Positions 1 to 14,600 of a stretch of 64,000 nucleotides of DNA are shown here, in pieces. A program made the translations under genes and the position numbers. A model generated the notes under the pieces. It did no database searches and had not been told where the DNA came from. It saw only the letters and a program-made list of their open reading frames with translations. Position 1 is the first letter of the stretch; the number at the start of each line of letters is the position of its first letter. The stretch comes from Paraspadella gotoi (lineage: Eukaryota; Animalia; Chaetognatha): contig CM119270.1 of assembly GCA_051294375.1 (NCBI GenBank), positions 835,238 to 899,237 on the forward strand, read 5' to 3'.

Positions 1-39
1 TTAAGATTCAGAGGAGGAAGATTTAAGATTCAGAGGAGG
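1..39 (+). repeat. Tail of 22-bp minisatellite array (GATTTAAGATTCAGAGGAGGAA)
   Basis: TTAAG recurs at 1 and 23 (period 22). Same unit as the arrays at 2930 and 15911, followed by the same flank (TCTTCCTATAACCTCGATACC). Confidence 0.9.
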
Positions 40-1033
40 TCCTCTTCCTATAACCTCGATACCAACTCCTAAACACCTCTCTCTATCACTTCTACTTATC
101 ACCTCTTTCTATCCTCTATCTCTATCATCTCCACACCCAGTTCCCATTACTTCTCTCTATCACTTCTCCCAATCGCCTGTCTCTATCACTTCTCCTCATC
201 ACCTCTCTCTATCATTTCTCCTTATCACTTCTCCTTATACCCTCGACATCATCACTTCTTCTTCCCCCCTTCTGCCAACCCATTTGCGCCAAGGCGATCT
301 GGCGACCATCAACTCTAATGAGAAACTTCAATAATTTCCACATCGANNNNNNNNNNNNNNNNNNNNNNNNNNNNNNNNNNNNNNNNNNNNNNNNNNNNNN
401 NNNNNNNNNNNNNNNNNNNNNNNNNNNNNNNNNNNNNNNNNNNNNNNNNNNNNNNNNNNNNNNNNNNNNNNNNNNNNNNNNNNNNNNNNNNNNNNNNNNN
501 NNNNNNNNNNNNNNNNNNNNNNNNNNNNNNNNNNNAGTTGTCGTTGTTGTCGTCGTTGTCCTTGGTCTCGTTGTCATTATCTCCGTCGTCATCGTTAGAA
601 TTCGTCATCGTTGCTGTTTCTTGTCGTATCTGCCACCGAGGCCACTGATGGCGAAAGTCNNNNNNNNNNNNNNNNNNNNNNNNNNNNNNNNNNNNNNNNN
701 NNNNNNNNNNNNNNNNNNNNNNNNNNNNNNNNNNNNNNNNNNNNNNNNNNNNNNNNNNNNNNNNNNNNNNNNNNNNNNNNNNNNNNNNNNNNNNNNNNNN
801 NNNNNNNNNNNNNNNNNNNNNNNNNNNNNNNNNNNNNNNNNNNNNNNNNNNNNNNNNNNNNNNNNNNNNNNNNAGAGTGAAAGAGTGAAAAAGTGAGGAG
901 TGATAAATGTAGGAGTGATAGAGAAGTGTTGGAGTGAAAGAGTCTTCATTGGTGTCCAGATGGCCAAGACTCACGCGGCTTTTCGATTCACGTCGATGAT
1001 TGGTTAACGAGAAACAAAGTAGGGGCAGGGAAA

Positions 1034-1068
<35 letters not shown>

Positions 1069-1450
1069 ACTGCGCTCCGTGGCGATGAACATTATCCCTT
1101 CTAATGTTTTCCATTCAATTTTTCCAATGACTTTACCTTCTGCCCCTTTATTCTCTCCTGTTCTCCTTCTTTATTCTCTCCTGTTCTCCTTCTGTCTCCC
1201 TGTTCTTCTTTTTATCCCCGTGTTCTCCCTCTTTTTTCTCGCCTGTTCTCCTTCTTTTTATCTCTCTGTTTTCCTTTTTATATCCCTGTTCTCCTTCTTT
1301 ATTCTCGCCTGTTTTCCTTTTTATCTTCCTTTTTTCTCCCTTTTTCTCCTTTCTCATTCTTCCGCGCTCCATTTTTTTAATATTTTCCCCCTCCATTTAA
1401 ATCGCCTTTTTATTTTCTTTTTCTTTTTCATTTTCATTTCATTTTTTCTC
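40..1450 (+). repeat. Composite repeat block B, copy 1 (contains N-gaps and (GGC)n)
   Basis: Anchors GCCAAGGCGATCTGGCGACC, GAGGCCACTGATGGCGAAAGT and CCAGATGGCCAAGACTCACGCGGC recur at ~4250-6300 (degraded) and ~17165-18570. Confidence 0.9.
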
Positions 1451-2929
1451 TCCTCTTCCTCTCTCTCTCTCTCCTCTTCTCTCTCTCTCTCTCTCTCTCT
1501 CCCATTTTTTCCGCGCACTTTCCACCCCCAACCTTGTTTCCGCCTCGCCGTCTCCGGAACGATATTCGGCGCAACGAAGCCCAAACGACCGCCCGAATTC
1601 CGAATCGGGCGTTCCAAAAAACGGCCCGGCCAGGTTGGAATTCTAAAGACTGGGCGCCGCTGAGGAGCCGAGCTGGTAGCAGCCGAGATGTCTTGGCACT
1701 GTGAATTCTTTTTTGTTTCTTTGATTTTTTTAATTTCCACGTTGAAATATAATTCTTTTGTTTAAATTTATTTAATGCGCAATATTACTTAATTTTGTTT
1801 TAATTTTACTCCCTGTCTTTTTCTTTCCAACAAATTCATTTTTTTTTTTCTTTTTTTCCTTTTTTTTGTTTTTCTTGTTAAATTTTCCTTTTTTTTTTCT
1901 CTTCTTATTTTTTAATTTTTCTATTCCAACAAAACCACTCCCTTTTTCTCCCTTACCTTTTCGTTGACTTTCTCATTTCTTAACTATCCCCATTTCCTTT
2001 CTTTCCCGTGATTTCCCTTTCCTCTTCTTTTTTAAATTCTCCACTCTCCTCTCTCTCTCTCTCACCATATTTTTCACCTTTCTGTCCCTTCTTTTTTCTC
2101 TCCCTATCCTATCCCCCTCTTTCCCCCCCCCCCTAACCTTTTTTCCTTTTTTTTTTTTTTTCCTCTCTCTCGTATCTCAAGCTGAAAAAGGAAAAGGGGA
2201 AAAAAGAAAAAAGTAACAAAAAAGGAAACAGGAACACACAGGGGGGAGGGAGGGGGGAGCGTGCTTCTTCCGGTTGTCAGGACGCCCGACCGCGTGAGCC
2301 AAAAGGAACAAAACCGGAAAGTGAAAGCGACGGACGACGACGACGACGACGACGACGACGGACCGACCGCGATACGGCCCAAGGGAGGTTCTGGACCGCG
2401 AACAAAATTGACGCTGGGAAGAAGACGCCCGAGAAAAATGCGGCGGAAGAGGGGGGGAGGAAAAGGGGGAGGTGGGCAGGGAGGAAAGGGAAAAGGCCGA
2501 GGTCGCTAAATGGGAGAAAAAGAAAACAAGGACAAGAGGGAAGGGAAGGAAAGAGAAAATGGAGGGAAAGGGAAAAAGAAAAGAGAGAGAGAGACAATGG
2601 AGAAAAAAGAAAGGAGAAAAAAAAGAGGAGAGGAAAGGAAAGGAATGAGGGGAATGGAGGAAAGAAAAGAAGAGAAAAAAAAGAGGAGAAGAAAGGAAAG
2701 GAAGCGAGGAAATGGGAAAGAAAATGAACAGGAGAAAAAAAAAGAGGAGAGGAAAGGAAAGGATAGGATGGGAATGGGACGGGGAAAAAGAAAAGAAAGG
2801 AGAGGAAAACAAAAAGAGGAGAGGAAAGGCAAAGGAAGGGAGAGAATGGACGGGAAAAAAAGAAGCAGAAGAAGGAACGGTGAGCTTTGATTCAAGAAAG
2901 AGAAATATATATGAGAACATGAAGGGAAA

Positions 2930-4251
2930 AGATTTAAGATTCAGAGGCAGGAAATTAAGCATTCGAAAGGAAAGAATTTAAGATCCAGGGGAGGGAAATT
3001 TAAGATTCAAGGAAAAAGATTTAAGATTCAGAGGAGGAAGATTTAAGATTCAAGAGGAGGAAGATTAAGATTACAGAGGAGGGAAAAGATTTAAAAAGAT
3101 TTCAGGAGGAGGAAGAGATTTAAGATTCAGAGAGAAGATTTAAGATTCAGGAGGAGGAAGATTTAAGATTCAGAGGAGGAAGATTTAAGATCAACGAGGA
3201 AGTGTAGTGAAATTTTAAGATTCAGTAGGAGGTATTAGATTTTAGATTCTAGCAGAGGGAAGATTTAAGATTCAGAGGAGGTAATTAGTTCAGGAGGAAA
3301 GGAAGATTTTTAAGAAGAGTTCAGAATTGGAAAGATTTTAGATTCAGAAGAGGAAGATTTAATTCAGAGAGAGGAAAGATATTAAGATCAAGGAGAAACA
3401 GATTTAAGACTACAGAGGAGGAGAATTATTTTAAATCAGAGGAGGAAGAAGATCTAAGATCAGAGAGAAGATTTAAGATTCAGAGTGAGGGAAGATTTAA
3501 GAAGGAAGGATTCAGAGAAGAAGATTATAGATTCAGAGGAGGTAAGATTTAAGATTCAAGAGGAGGAAGATATAAAAGATCAGAGGATAGGCAAGATTAA
3601 GATTCAGAGGAGGAAGATTTAAGATTCAGAAGGAGGAAGGATTTTTAGATTCAGAGGAAAGAATTTAAGATTCAGAGAAGGAAGATTTTAAGGATTCAAA
3701 GGAGGAAATTTAAAGATTCAGAGGAGGAAGATTTACAGAATTCAAGGACGGAAAGATAAGATTCAGAGGAGGAAGATTTAAGAAGATTCAAGAGAGAAAA
3801 ATTTAAGAATTTCATGAGAGGAAGATTAATATTCAGAATTGGAAGATTTTAGATTCAGAGGTATGGAAGATTTTACCATCAAGGAGTGAAGATAAATACA
3901 GAGAGGAAATTTAAGATCGAGAGGAGGGAAAAGATTTTAAGATTAAGATTCCCAAATCTGAAGATTTATTATCGCCCAAGGAGGGAGGATTTTTTAGGTT
4001 CAGGAGGAGGGAAGATTTAAAGATGTCAGAGAAGGGAAAGATTTAAGATTCAGAGGGAGGATGAAACGGGATTTGAAGATTCAGAGGAGGAAGATTTTTT
4101 AAGGATTTAGGAGGAGGGAAGATTTAAGATTCAGGAGGGAGGAAGAAATAAGAAGTTCAGCGAGAGGAAGATTAAGGAATTGCAGAGGAGGAAGATGTAT
4201 AAGATTAAGATTGGCAGGGGAGGGAGGAAGGATTTAAAGATTCAGGAGGAG
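2930..4251 (+). repeat. 22-bp minisatellite array (GATTTAAGATTCAGAGGAGGAA)n, ~1.3 kb
   Basis: Directly visible tandem unit with many single-base indels. Confidence 0.95.
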
Positions 4252-6300
4252 TTCTCTTCCGCTATAACCTCGATTACCAACTCCTAAACACCTCTCTCTA
4301 TCACTTCTACTTTATCGACCTGCTTCGTATCCTCTTATCCTAATCATCTCCCACCCGTTCCCATACTTTCTCTCTATCACTTCTCCCCAATCGCCCTGTC
4401 TCTGATGCACTTCTCCTCATCACCCTCTCTATCATTTCTCCTTATCCAGCTTCTCCTTATACCCCTCGACTCGAATCATCACTTCTTCTTCCCCCTAATT
4501 CTGCCAGACCCCCAATTATTGCGCCATACAGCGATCTTTGGCGGACAAAAATTTTCAACTCTAATGAGAAACTTCAAATAATTATCCACATCGAAACTGC
4601 GAGTCGGTGCGCAGGAGATGAGGGAGAGGAGAAGAGAGAGAGAGAGAGACGTGAGAGCGAGAGAGAGACGTGCGAGAGAGATAGAAGCATCCCGAGACGA
4701 GACGGGGAATAAGGGGAGGGAGAGAGGACGTGATGGACAAGAGAGGAGAGAGACGAGGAGAGAGGAGACATAAGCCGGAGTTGTCGTTGTCTGTTCGGTC
4801 GTGTCCTTGGTCTCTGTGTATTATCGCCCGTCGTCATGCCGTTTAGAATTCTTCGTCATTCGTATGCTGTTTCTCGTGTCGTATCGCAACTGCCACCCCG
4901 AGGCACTGCATTGGCGAAAGTTTCACCTCGGCTTCGGAACCCACCGATCCCCGATCACAATGGGAGTGAGGCGAGAGAGAGAGACAGAAGAAGACGAGAG
5001 AGAGAGAGCACGAGAGGAGAGAGGAGAGAGAATGAAGAGACGGAGAGATGAGGCGTGAGAGAGAGAGAGAGAGGGAGAAAGTGAAGGCCGTAAGGAGACA
5101 AAGAGAGTGAGTGAAAAATGTTATGAGGTGAAGAAACATAATAATTGTGTATATAGAATTTAGGGAATTTCTCAGTTTGCTAATCATTTTAATGATAATA
5201 AATTTTATATATAAAGATGTTTTAGAAGTGGTATAGTTAGTGTTTTAGATGATTCATAAGGAATTTAGATCCTGAACAGTGTGGATTATGGTGGTAGGGT
5301 GATGATATCAGGAATGAGGTTTGAGATTTCTAGTTTCTCTATTATGATGCTGAGATGGGTGTTACCGTTTCTGATGATTGAGCATGAGAATAAGATGGGC
5401 CTCCGAACGAGTCATCGACACGACGGACAACCGCGCGCGGGCCGTTTCAATCAATAGACTCCTACTGCCGTACGATGAGTGATATGAGCGTCTACACTCA
5501 GCACGTAACGCAAACAAGAAAGTGAGCAGAAGGTCCATGGGAAAGCGGCTCGGCGCTCTCGCCGGCGGCGGCGGGCGGCGAGCGGCGCACTGCGGACTCG
5601 AGAGAGAGATCGGAGAGAGATGTCGACTTCTACAAAACTATGTTGAGAGCGCGACACTCTGACTGATAGTACGGGCCTCTGTCTCAACAGTGTAGTGGAA
5701 TATCGCAGTCAAGAGATGTATTAGTGGCGCCAGTAACAGGAGGGAAGAGAGGTGCAACACATTTCTCAGTATATACTGGGCCCCTCCTTTTTTTCTCTCT
5801 GGTTTGCTCCTTTCTTTATTGTACGATCTCCTGCGTGCAGTGCATCTTGTAGCTGTGCGATCCCTGTTTCTTGAAGAGCGTTGTTATATTTATGTACCCC
5901 GTGTTCCCTCTTTTTTCTCGCGCTAGTTATCTGCCCTGTTTCTTTGTTATCTCTCTCGGTCTTTCCTTTGTTTATATCCCTGTTCTGCCAGTGATCGATT
6001 ATTCTCTTGGGACGAAATGATGGCGGGCGCATATAGGGCCTGAAATAAGAGAGGTATATATCGTCCTATTTTTTACTACAGACCCTCTTTCTGACCATTT
6101 CTCTGTTTTCGTTCGACGGCTCCATATTTGTTAACTAGATATTCAGTCCCCCCCCATATGAAGGGCGAATAATCCGGCGAGGCAGAGGAAACTTCGTTTG
6201 CCTGTGAGATAAGTATGAGTATTTACCTTTTCCCTTCATCTTTCAATTTCATCGTCCTCGCCCCCCCCCTCCTCGCCCCCGCCCCCTCCGGGCCTGTAAA
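4252..6300 (+). repeat. Composite repeat block B, copy 2 (error-rich)
   Basis: Colinear with 40-1450, with numerous insertions. Confidence 0.85.
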
Positions 6301-6607
6301 GAAAAACATAAAGAATCAGAGAGTATTTGGATTGGGCTAAGCTGACGGCTCATAAAAACTTAACTGACCTTTTGTGCGATCTTCACTATATCGCGAAGAG
6401 ACCCTGAAGGATAATGGCCTCAATCTTTACCCAAACCCTCGACACTTACCCGTCGTCCAACTTCCTACTCCCTTTTTTTTTTTTTCTTCTAATTAGTTGA
6501 TTGGACCGACAGGGATAGGAATAATAATATAATGATAATAATAATTGATAATAATTAATATAATAATTAATCAATTAATAAANNNNNNNNNNNNNNNNNN
6601 NNNNNNN

Positions 6608-6608
<1 letters not shown>

Positions 6609-6641
<33 letters not shown>

Positions 6642-7296
6642 GTAATTCCAATATGTTGCGTCGTACCAATGGGGTTTTTATTTACTGCATCGAGATTTGT
6701 CTTTTATTCGTTATAAAATAAAAATATATATATATTTTTTTAAACAAAAAATAGCATTAGCAGTGGCTCAGATTCGAGGTTCTTTTCATTTAAGCAATAA
6801 TAACAAAAGAGCAAACAAATTTAAGCTACTATTTTATGCCCAGCCTATGACTTACCCTCCGCTTTCATCTTGCACAGACTAACCATTTTCTCATCATTCT
6901 TTGATGTAATTTACTTAGTCTGAATTTTTGGCAAAAAGAGAACAATATAATCAAATGGAACTGTGGATTACGACTTTTTTTTAATGAATGTAGGAAAGAA
7001 GTTATGGATGCAAAAAAGTGGAAGAGAAAGAGAGAGAGAGAGAGAGAGGTAGGAGGAGAAGAGAGAGAGAAGGGGAGGAAGAAGAGGAGCAACAGAGAGA
7101 GCAGTAGTAGAGATAGGGACAGAGAGAGAGAGAAGGAGAGAGAGAGAGAGAGAAGAGAAGGAGAGAGACAGAGAGAAATAGGGGAGAAGAAGGAGAGGAG
7201 AGAGAGAGAGAGAGAGAGTAGAGGAGAGAGAATGAGAGATAGAGAAAAGGGAGAGAACGAGAGAGAGAGAGAGAGTAGACTGAGAGATGACCGAGG

Positions 7297-7340
<44 letters not shown>

Positions 7341-7660
7341 AGAGGGAGAGAGAGGGGAACAGACGACAGAGATGTGATAAATGAGCGGCGTTTAATAAGA
7401 TCATGCTGACGAAAAGATGAAAGGAAGGTCGAAAGGGAGAAATATCTATTCCGCGAATTTTCTGACCTTCAGTTTTTGGGCATCACCCCCCCCCCGCCCC
7501 CCTAATCGTTGCCATCATTCCCCCCCTACCCCTTTTCCCCGCCTATCCGCCCGCTTCTCCTATCTCTCCCAGCGACACTCTTCCTCTTCCCTACATATGT
7601 CTCTTTCACTTCTCTTACTCATCTGCTCTTTCTCCTTCTCTTCTCATCTTTTCGTACAAG
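6609..7660 (+). repeat. Composite repeat block C, copy 1 ((AAT)n, unique segment, (GA)n, C-run)
   Basis: AAATAGCATTAGCAGTGGCTCAGATTCGAGG and GACTTACCCTCCGCTTTCATCTTG recur at ~18975 and ~26355. Confidence 0.9.
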
Positions 7661-10504
7661 TACAGGAAAATGGTTAATTATCAAACATTACAACAATTTA
7701 AATTTACACACAAGGTCTAGAATATTAATCTCTTCTTTAGGCTAACTTCAACTACGCACATGTTAATATAGCTAAATTCCAACAACCCTTTACTTAACGT
7801 ATTAGAATTCTACTGAAGGTGTCGGTATTAGCCCAACAACAACTACATTCATTTCCTCATCGTTACCGATGAGACATCAACAATTCCAAGGGGTTCCAAA
7901 AATCGCTCGTTGCCGGGATGCGTCGATCGAGATCCGGCGACGCTCGAAGAGATCGAGTGCGCGATCGCTTCTGGGTCCTTCTCCCGACCGTTCCTGGGAT
8001 CCTTCTGCGTTTTTTTGTTTGTCGCTTCATTTCAAAACGAGAAAAGAACAACCACAAAGAAATAACTTCAAATACGCTAAAAGTCAAGTTATACCGGGAA
8101 ATAAAATTAGACAAGAAAAGAAATCGTTGAATGCTCTGACTGATCACCATTTCTCTCATTATTTCCGCAAGAGACATCAAGTCAGCATATTATCCACTAG
8201 TTCAGTATGTTAAACTTGTTGTATGGATTATGCAGACAAAAAATGAACTAGATGCTGAGTTGATACCGTCCTTATTACCAATTCAACGATAAACACTATT
8301 TTTTTGGTATTACCAGAGTATTGCTTCTATATAGTTTTTAAAGGACCTCAGACATTCGAACTTCAGCTATGTCCATAGAATTAGTCTGATTATATATTAT
8401 TTTATAAAAGAAAACAAGCCAAAAATAAAAAAATAAATTGTCATGAAGAAAAGAGTAATTGATCAGATTTGTATTATTGGTTCTAAAAGTTGGAATGTAT
8501 GGTCAATCAGCAGAGATTAACTAGCTCACTCAGTTGAGATCTAGCGTATTTCGAAATTATTCTTCTCTACGAACTGCATCGACGTTGACTCGTTGCTATC
8601 CGATTCCGCTCGATCTAATTTTCATTTCCTTCGTTGAACGCCTAAAAAGAATTAAAGAAAAATAATATAATAATAATTCTTCAGAAATGAATCTTCGCAT
8701 TTCAACGACGTCTGCTTTTTCCTAAAGATCGATAATTTTTCCCCAAATCATGCAATAAATTTTTCCGACAACTGAAGAGAAGGCATCTATAACGCGCAGT
8801 GTCCACGCGCCTGCGAAGGACAGTGTACCCTCCTGAAAATCGCCTGTGAAAAACTGTTTTTGAACTTTTCTCCGGATAACCCCGAAACATTTTCACCCCG
8901 ATCTCATTCCTCTCTCTCTCTCTCCTTCACTCTCTGCTCCTCCTCTCTCCTCCTTCCTTTCGCTCGATTTCTCTCTTCCTCCTGGTTCTCCCGTCACGTC
9001 GCCCTTCCCTCATCCTTCCTTCTTCTCTCTCTCACTGGCCTCTCCCTCCGCTTCGCGCGCAGGTCAAATGTTTGTTTGGATAACCGAGAAATTTTCTTTT
9101 CAAAATTTTCCGGTCTACGTCGAAGTAAATGAGAGATTAAAATACGGCGGGAGGCGTTTTGTCTTTTTTTCTTCCTCGTCTCTCTTTAAAACTCTGCTTT
9201 TTTTTCTTCCTCTCGTCTCTTTAAACTCCTTTTTTTCTTTCCTCTCTCTTTTTAAACTCTCCTTTTTTCATTATGCTCTCGTTCTTAGGAAAATCTCTTT
9301 TTTCTTACCTCTCTCTCCTTAACCGCTCTCTTTTTTTCCTATCTCTCTCTCTCTTAAACTCTCTTTTTTTCTTTCTTTCTCTCCTTTTTGAAGCGTCTCT
9401 TTTCTTTCCTGTCTTTCTGGTTGAACTCTTTTTTCTTTCCACCCCTCTCTTTAAAACTCTCCTCCTTTCTTTCGCACCCTCTCTTTAAGACTCCTTCCTC
9501 CTTGTCTTTCCACGCGCTACTCTTTAAACCCTGCTCTTTTCTTATTTCCTTTCAATCTGGGACTTTTCCATTCCTTAGTGTCCTTTTTCAAGCATACTAC
9601 GTTATGTCCTTAACGTCTTTACCGTCGCTTAGTACTTACCTCCTTACTGTTACTCCTTAGCCTCTTCTACTCCTTAGCCGGTCCTTACTCCTTTAACTCT
9701 GTACCTCCTTGTCCTTACCAGTCCTTACTTTCTACCTCTACCACCGAAACTTTCTAGAAAAGGATAAGGGGGAAACCGGTTTCAACCGGCATAAACATTC
9801 ACTTTTTAACCTCGGAAATTGATTGGAATGTGTTGAAAACCTTTTTTTTTTTCTTTCGATCGTCGCGCCGTCGCGATCTTTGATTTAAATTTAATCTTGC
9901 AAAGATTTACCTTTGGAATCGAATGCGATTCGGTGTCCTCAGTTTTCCTCTGAAACGATTGGGGCGTTTCTTCGATTTTAAAACTACCAACCGATAATAA
10001 TTATGTAATCAAAATGGGATTTCTGTGCTGACAAAAACTATGTACACTACAAAAGTATATTAGTCTAACGCAAGTAGTCTTTAGCAAAATATGGTTCAGA
10101 GAGAGAAGAGAGAGGAGAGAGAGACGAGAGAGAGAGAGAGAGAGAGAAGAGAGAAATGGAAATTATTTGCAAAAAATAACATAATTTGTCTTTCTTTTTC
10201 CTGCTAACCGTCACACCTCAACATGTCTTAGATCATTCCTCTTTAGCTATTTGGTAGGCATAGTATTTGTAATTCATTTACTGTTGCAAATGACTAATTA
10301 TTACACTTTACTTTCATTCGCTTTTTTTGTACTTGATTAAGTTTATCCGCTTAACGATTGCTTCATTCAAGTCATTTACCGCAACTGATCATCCAATTTC
10401 ATTGAGCACTCTATTCTCTCATCCCCTATAGGATAATAATGCCCTTCAATACCATCCCATTCATTATATTTTCCGTCCACTCATTTACCGCAGCTTCAAA
10501 CAGA

Positions 10505-10945
10505 CTTTTATAATATCTCTCTTTTTTTCTTAATACCGATCCTTTTTTCCTTTTAATACCAACGCTCTTTTTTCCTTGTTAATACCATCCTATTTTTTCC
10601 TTTTAATACCAACCTCATTTCCCTTTTAATACCTATCCTCTTTTTTCTTTTAATCTATCCTCAGTTATTTCCTTTTATACCAACCTCTTTTTCCTTTTAA
10701 TACCAAACATCTTTTCATTTAATACCATCCTATTTTTTCCTTTAATACAACTCTCGTTTTTCCTTTTGAATAACCCACTCTTTTCGCTTTTGAATACCAT
10801 TGCCTATTATTTCCTTTAATTACCAACCTCTTTTTCGCCGTTTAGGATACCATCCGCTCGTTTTCCTTTTAATAGCATCCTCTTTTTTGCTTTTAATACC
10901 ATTCTCTTTTTCCTTTTATACATCTCTTTTTTTTCTTTTAATCTT
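10505..10945 (+). repeat. 23-bp minisatellite (error-rich copy of 37728-38140)
   Basis: Recurring TTTTAATACCA(A/T)CCTCTTTTTCC. Confidence 0.85.
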
Positions 10946-11253
10946 CTGCTTACAACATTTCGTCTCGTTTACCTTTTAATCCTTTTTTTTCTCTTTCTTC
11001 TTTCTCATAATTTTGTTTTCTTTTCTTTCCTTTAACTTCAACTTTTCTTTCTTTTTTTATTGTCGTTTCAATAAACATAAAATTCTTAAAAAAATCTATG
11101 CTTCGTTTAAACAAAAATGGAAAGAAGAGAGAAAATTGAAATTAATGTGCCCTTCTCTTCTCATCATTTCTCTCTCTCTCTCTCTCCTCTCCTCTCTCAT
11201 CTCTCCTCTCTCTTCCTCTCTCTTCTCCTCTCCTCTCTCTCTATCTATCTCTC

Positions 11254-11285
<32 letters not shown>

Positions 11286-11627
11286 ATTCTTATCTCTCTA
11301 TCTCCCTCCCTCTTTTCTTTCTCGTATCTCACATTTTTTTTAATCTTTCTCCTCATTCTCTTTCTTTTTCCTTTCTTTCCTCTTCTCGCGCGACTTTTTT
11401 ATTCATTTTATTCACACTAATGCGGTTAGGGATTAACGCGTCTATCTCTCTCTCTCTCTCTCTCTCTCGTCTCTCTCTGTCTCTGTCTCTCTCTCTCTCT
11501 CTCCTCTCTCCGTCCTAATCTCTCTCTCTCTCTCTCCCTCGTCTCTACTTCACGAACGTATTGCCTGAGGGGCGAAAAGATCAGTGTTTTCCACCCATCG
11601 ACTTTACTGGAGAAGAGAGAAAAGAGA

Positions 11628-11660
<33 letters not shown>

Positions 11661-14600
11661 GGAGAGGAGGAGAGGACGGGAGACAGAAAAGAGAAAGACA
11701 GATAGAGAGAGAGAACCGGCGGGTCGGGTTGCCGAGAGAGAAAAAAAAAAAGATTCTAATCGAAAAGATAAAATTGTGAACGAGGGAAACCAAAACAACA
11801 ACCGGACAACAAACAATAGCAACAACCGATTTTTCTCTCTGTCATGATTTTAGCGAAGAAATTGAAAGGGTGTGGGAAGGAAGTGATGGAATTAAATAAT
11901 TGATTAATTATTAATTAATTAATGATTGAATTAATTATTATTTATTTATTTATTTTTATTTATTTTTTTATTATTTTAGATTTTTTAATTTTTTATTTTT
12001 TATATATTTATTTATTATTTGGTTTTGATGCGGTGCGTGTGTATTTATTTTATTTAATTTAAAATATTTATGTATTTATTTATTTTATTTAGGTTTATTT
12101 AATGAATGAATGAAATGAATGAATGAATGAATGAGTGAATGAATGAATGAATGAATGATGAATGAATGATGAATGATTAAGTTAATTAATTAATTAGATT
12201 TTAAATTAATTAATGTATAAAGCAGTTACATAATGAGCGACAGGATGTACTAAATTCTTAGTGAAAGAAATATAAAATGGAAATTGAAAGAGAGACAAAG
12301 ATATAGAACAAAATGTTAAGAATGTATTATTATTATATTACTTAGGAGATATTGAACGTGTATATTTATATAATTTTTTGTGATAGAATAAATATACTAT
12401 TATAATCGCGTTAAAACATACGGAATGAATAAATTGGTAGAAAACATCTAAAATTATGCAAATATTTAGTTAAATATATATAAATTTAAAATAAATAAAT
12501 AATATAATTTACAATTAGCAATTAACTGTAAAATATAACTGAAAATTAAAACACAATTATTATAGCTATAATATTGACAGACCAGATGAATCCAAGTACA
12601 AACTTTCAGTTTACTCGGTTTATTCTTAGTTCTAGCGCATTCAAATCCGCCATCCATTCTCAAATTATCAGTATTTGGATGACTTATGCTAAACCATTCG
12701 AAAACGAACACTCTGGTACTCTGTTGATATTTTCTACGATTAAATTAAATCTTTAAAATTACTTAATGGAATTAGGTAAACAAATATAACAAGACAAATC
12801 TTGAAAAGCATAAAGCGGAGTCTGAGGCCGCTTTCGGTCATAGGTAACCTAAATATTTGATGGGATTGATTGGAGACCAAATATGATGCGATGATAACCA
12901 AGTTATGGACGCGGATGATATACCGATTAATTGTACCTGTCTGTATGTATTGATACCATATTGTTAATTACTGTATGGGTATAGATATCAATTCCAGTGC
13001 GTATTGATGGAATGATAGCACATTCATTTGATATTTAGATTACTGATTTTCCCGATTATTGACAATCTTTGTTTTTACTTTGATCTGCACAGTGTCTTCC
13101 AATTGATGCGATTGATAGTCATTCCATTGACGCGGCTTCAATCAAAATCTCATCCGCGAGAAACCTAAGAGCCAAAGGTTACAAATTGCTCCGTGTATGA
13201 TCGTCTTATCTGGATCAATTGTCTAAGATGAGTAGTAGAGAGCTCTGATTTCTGGTCTACCGAGAGGCGACGATGAGTACGCAGAGAGGCTGGACATGTT
13301 TTCTCTCCTCCTCTCCTCCGCTCTCTCTCCATCTCTCTCAACGAAACTGCTATCGCATTATTAGGTGCCTCTCTCGTTTTATATAAAGATAATCAGATAT
13401 TTTTTAGACAAAATACATCTCCACGAATCAATCTCGATGTAAATTTCGTGATTCTTCTGTACCTGAGAAAAAACGCGGATAATCAGGCGATATAAAAGTT
13501 CTTTAGAAGGATCACAACATCAAGAGAGAGGAGAGAGAGAGAAGGGACCAGAGAGAGAGAGAGAGAGAGAGAGAAAGAGGGAGGGAAGCTGAGAAAGACG
13601 AGAGAGAGAGAGAAGTTTCCCCCAACGAGAACGCATTATTAAGGTCACTCTGTTATATCGGTTATCCGTTGCCTCGCAACGCGCGTAAATTGCGGTCTAT
13701 GTTGATTTTTTTTATACACGTACGCGTTATTAGGTCATGTTCCTCACATTGTTTACTTGTTGCTCCCCAACGACGCACGAAATCTAGGTTAAGTAAGTTA
13801 TTGTATTTTGGGATTTTGTATTGAGATGAAAATATAATGGCGATAATAAAGTTCTTTAGAAGGAAAAAATCCCCACGAAAATCTCGGAATAATGGCGATA
13901 TAAGTCTTTTTAGAAGGACACAAAAGAGAGAGAAAGAGAGAGAGGAGAGAGAGAGAAATAGAGATAGAGAGAAAAAGATTGGTTCTTTTTTTAAGGAAGA
14001 AACTCCAGACCGAGGTCAAATTTAATATTTGCATATTTGAATATTTATAATAGTTATCAACAACTCAAATAATATTATTTTAAAAAAAGTTAAAATGATT
14101 AAATATATACATAAAATATCTTAAATTTAATAGTACAATTATCAGAATAAAAAAAAAGTAATGTTTAATTCTGATATATCTGCTCTATCAACTCCTTTTT
14201 AGTTAATTTGCCAATAGTGGCCAACCGGTCCAAAGTTGCAATAATAAATAAAAACAAAATTTTTTTATAAAATGTGCGATGCATGCAATTATATTATTCG
14301 GCGAAGCTAGTAGTGCTGCATTAATAGGTCACATTAGCTGATTATCATTGAGTAAGCATATCATTACTACACCGTCTACTCTCCATTTTTTAAATAACTA
14401 ATGAGAGAGACGCAGAGAGAGAGAGCAGAGAGGAGAGAGAAAGAAAGAAAAAGAAAAACCGCAATTTTCTTTCCAATATATCTAGCTATATAATTTGGGA
14501 TTTTGTATGAAAAAAACAAAGCGTGGAATAAATGGCGTAATAAAAGTTCTTGAGAAGGAAAAAATAATCAGATTTTTCAAAAAACGACGATCGTACAGAG

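Noticed and set aside
2930-4251. Acidic repeat protein (DLDSEEE)n
   Set aside because: The clean unit is 22 bp, not a multiple of 3, and contains TAA; in-frame runs arise from indels.
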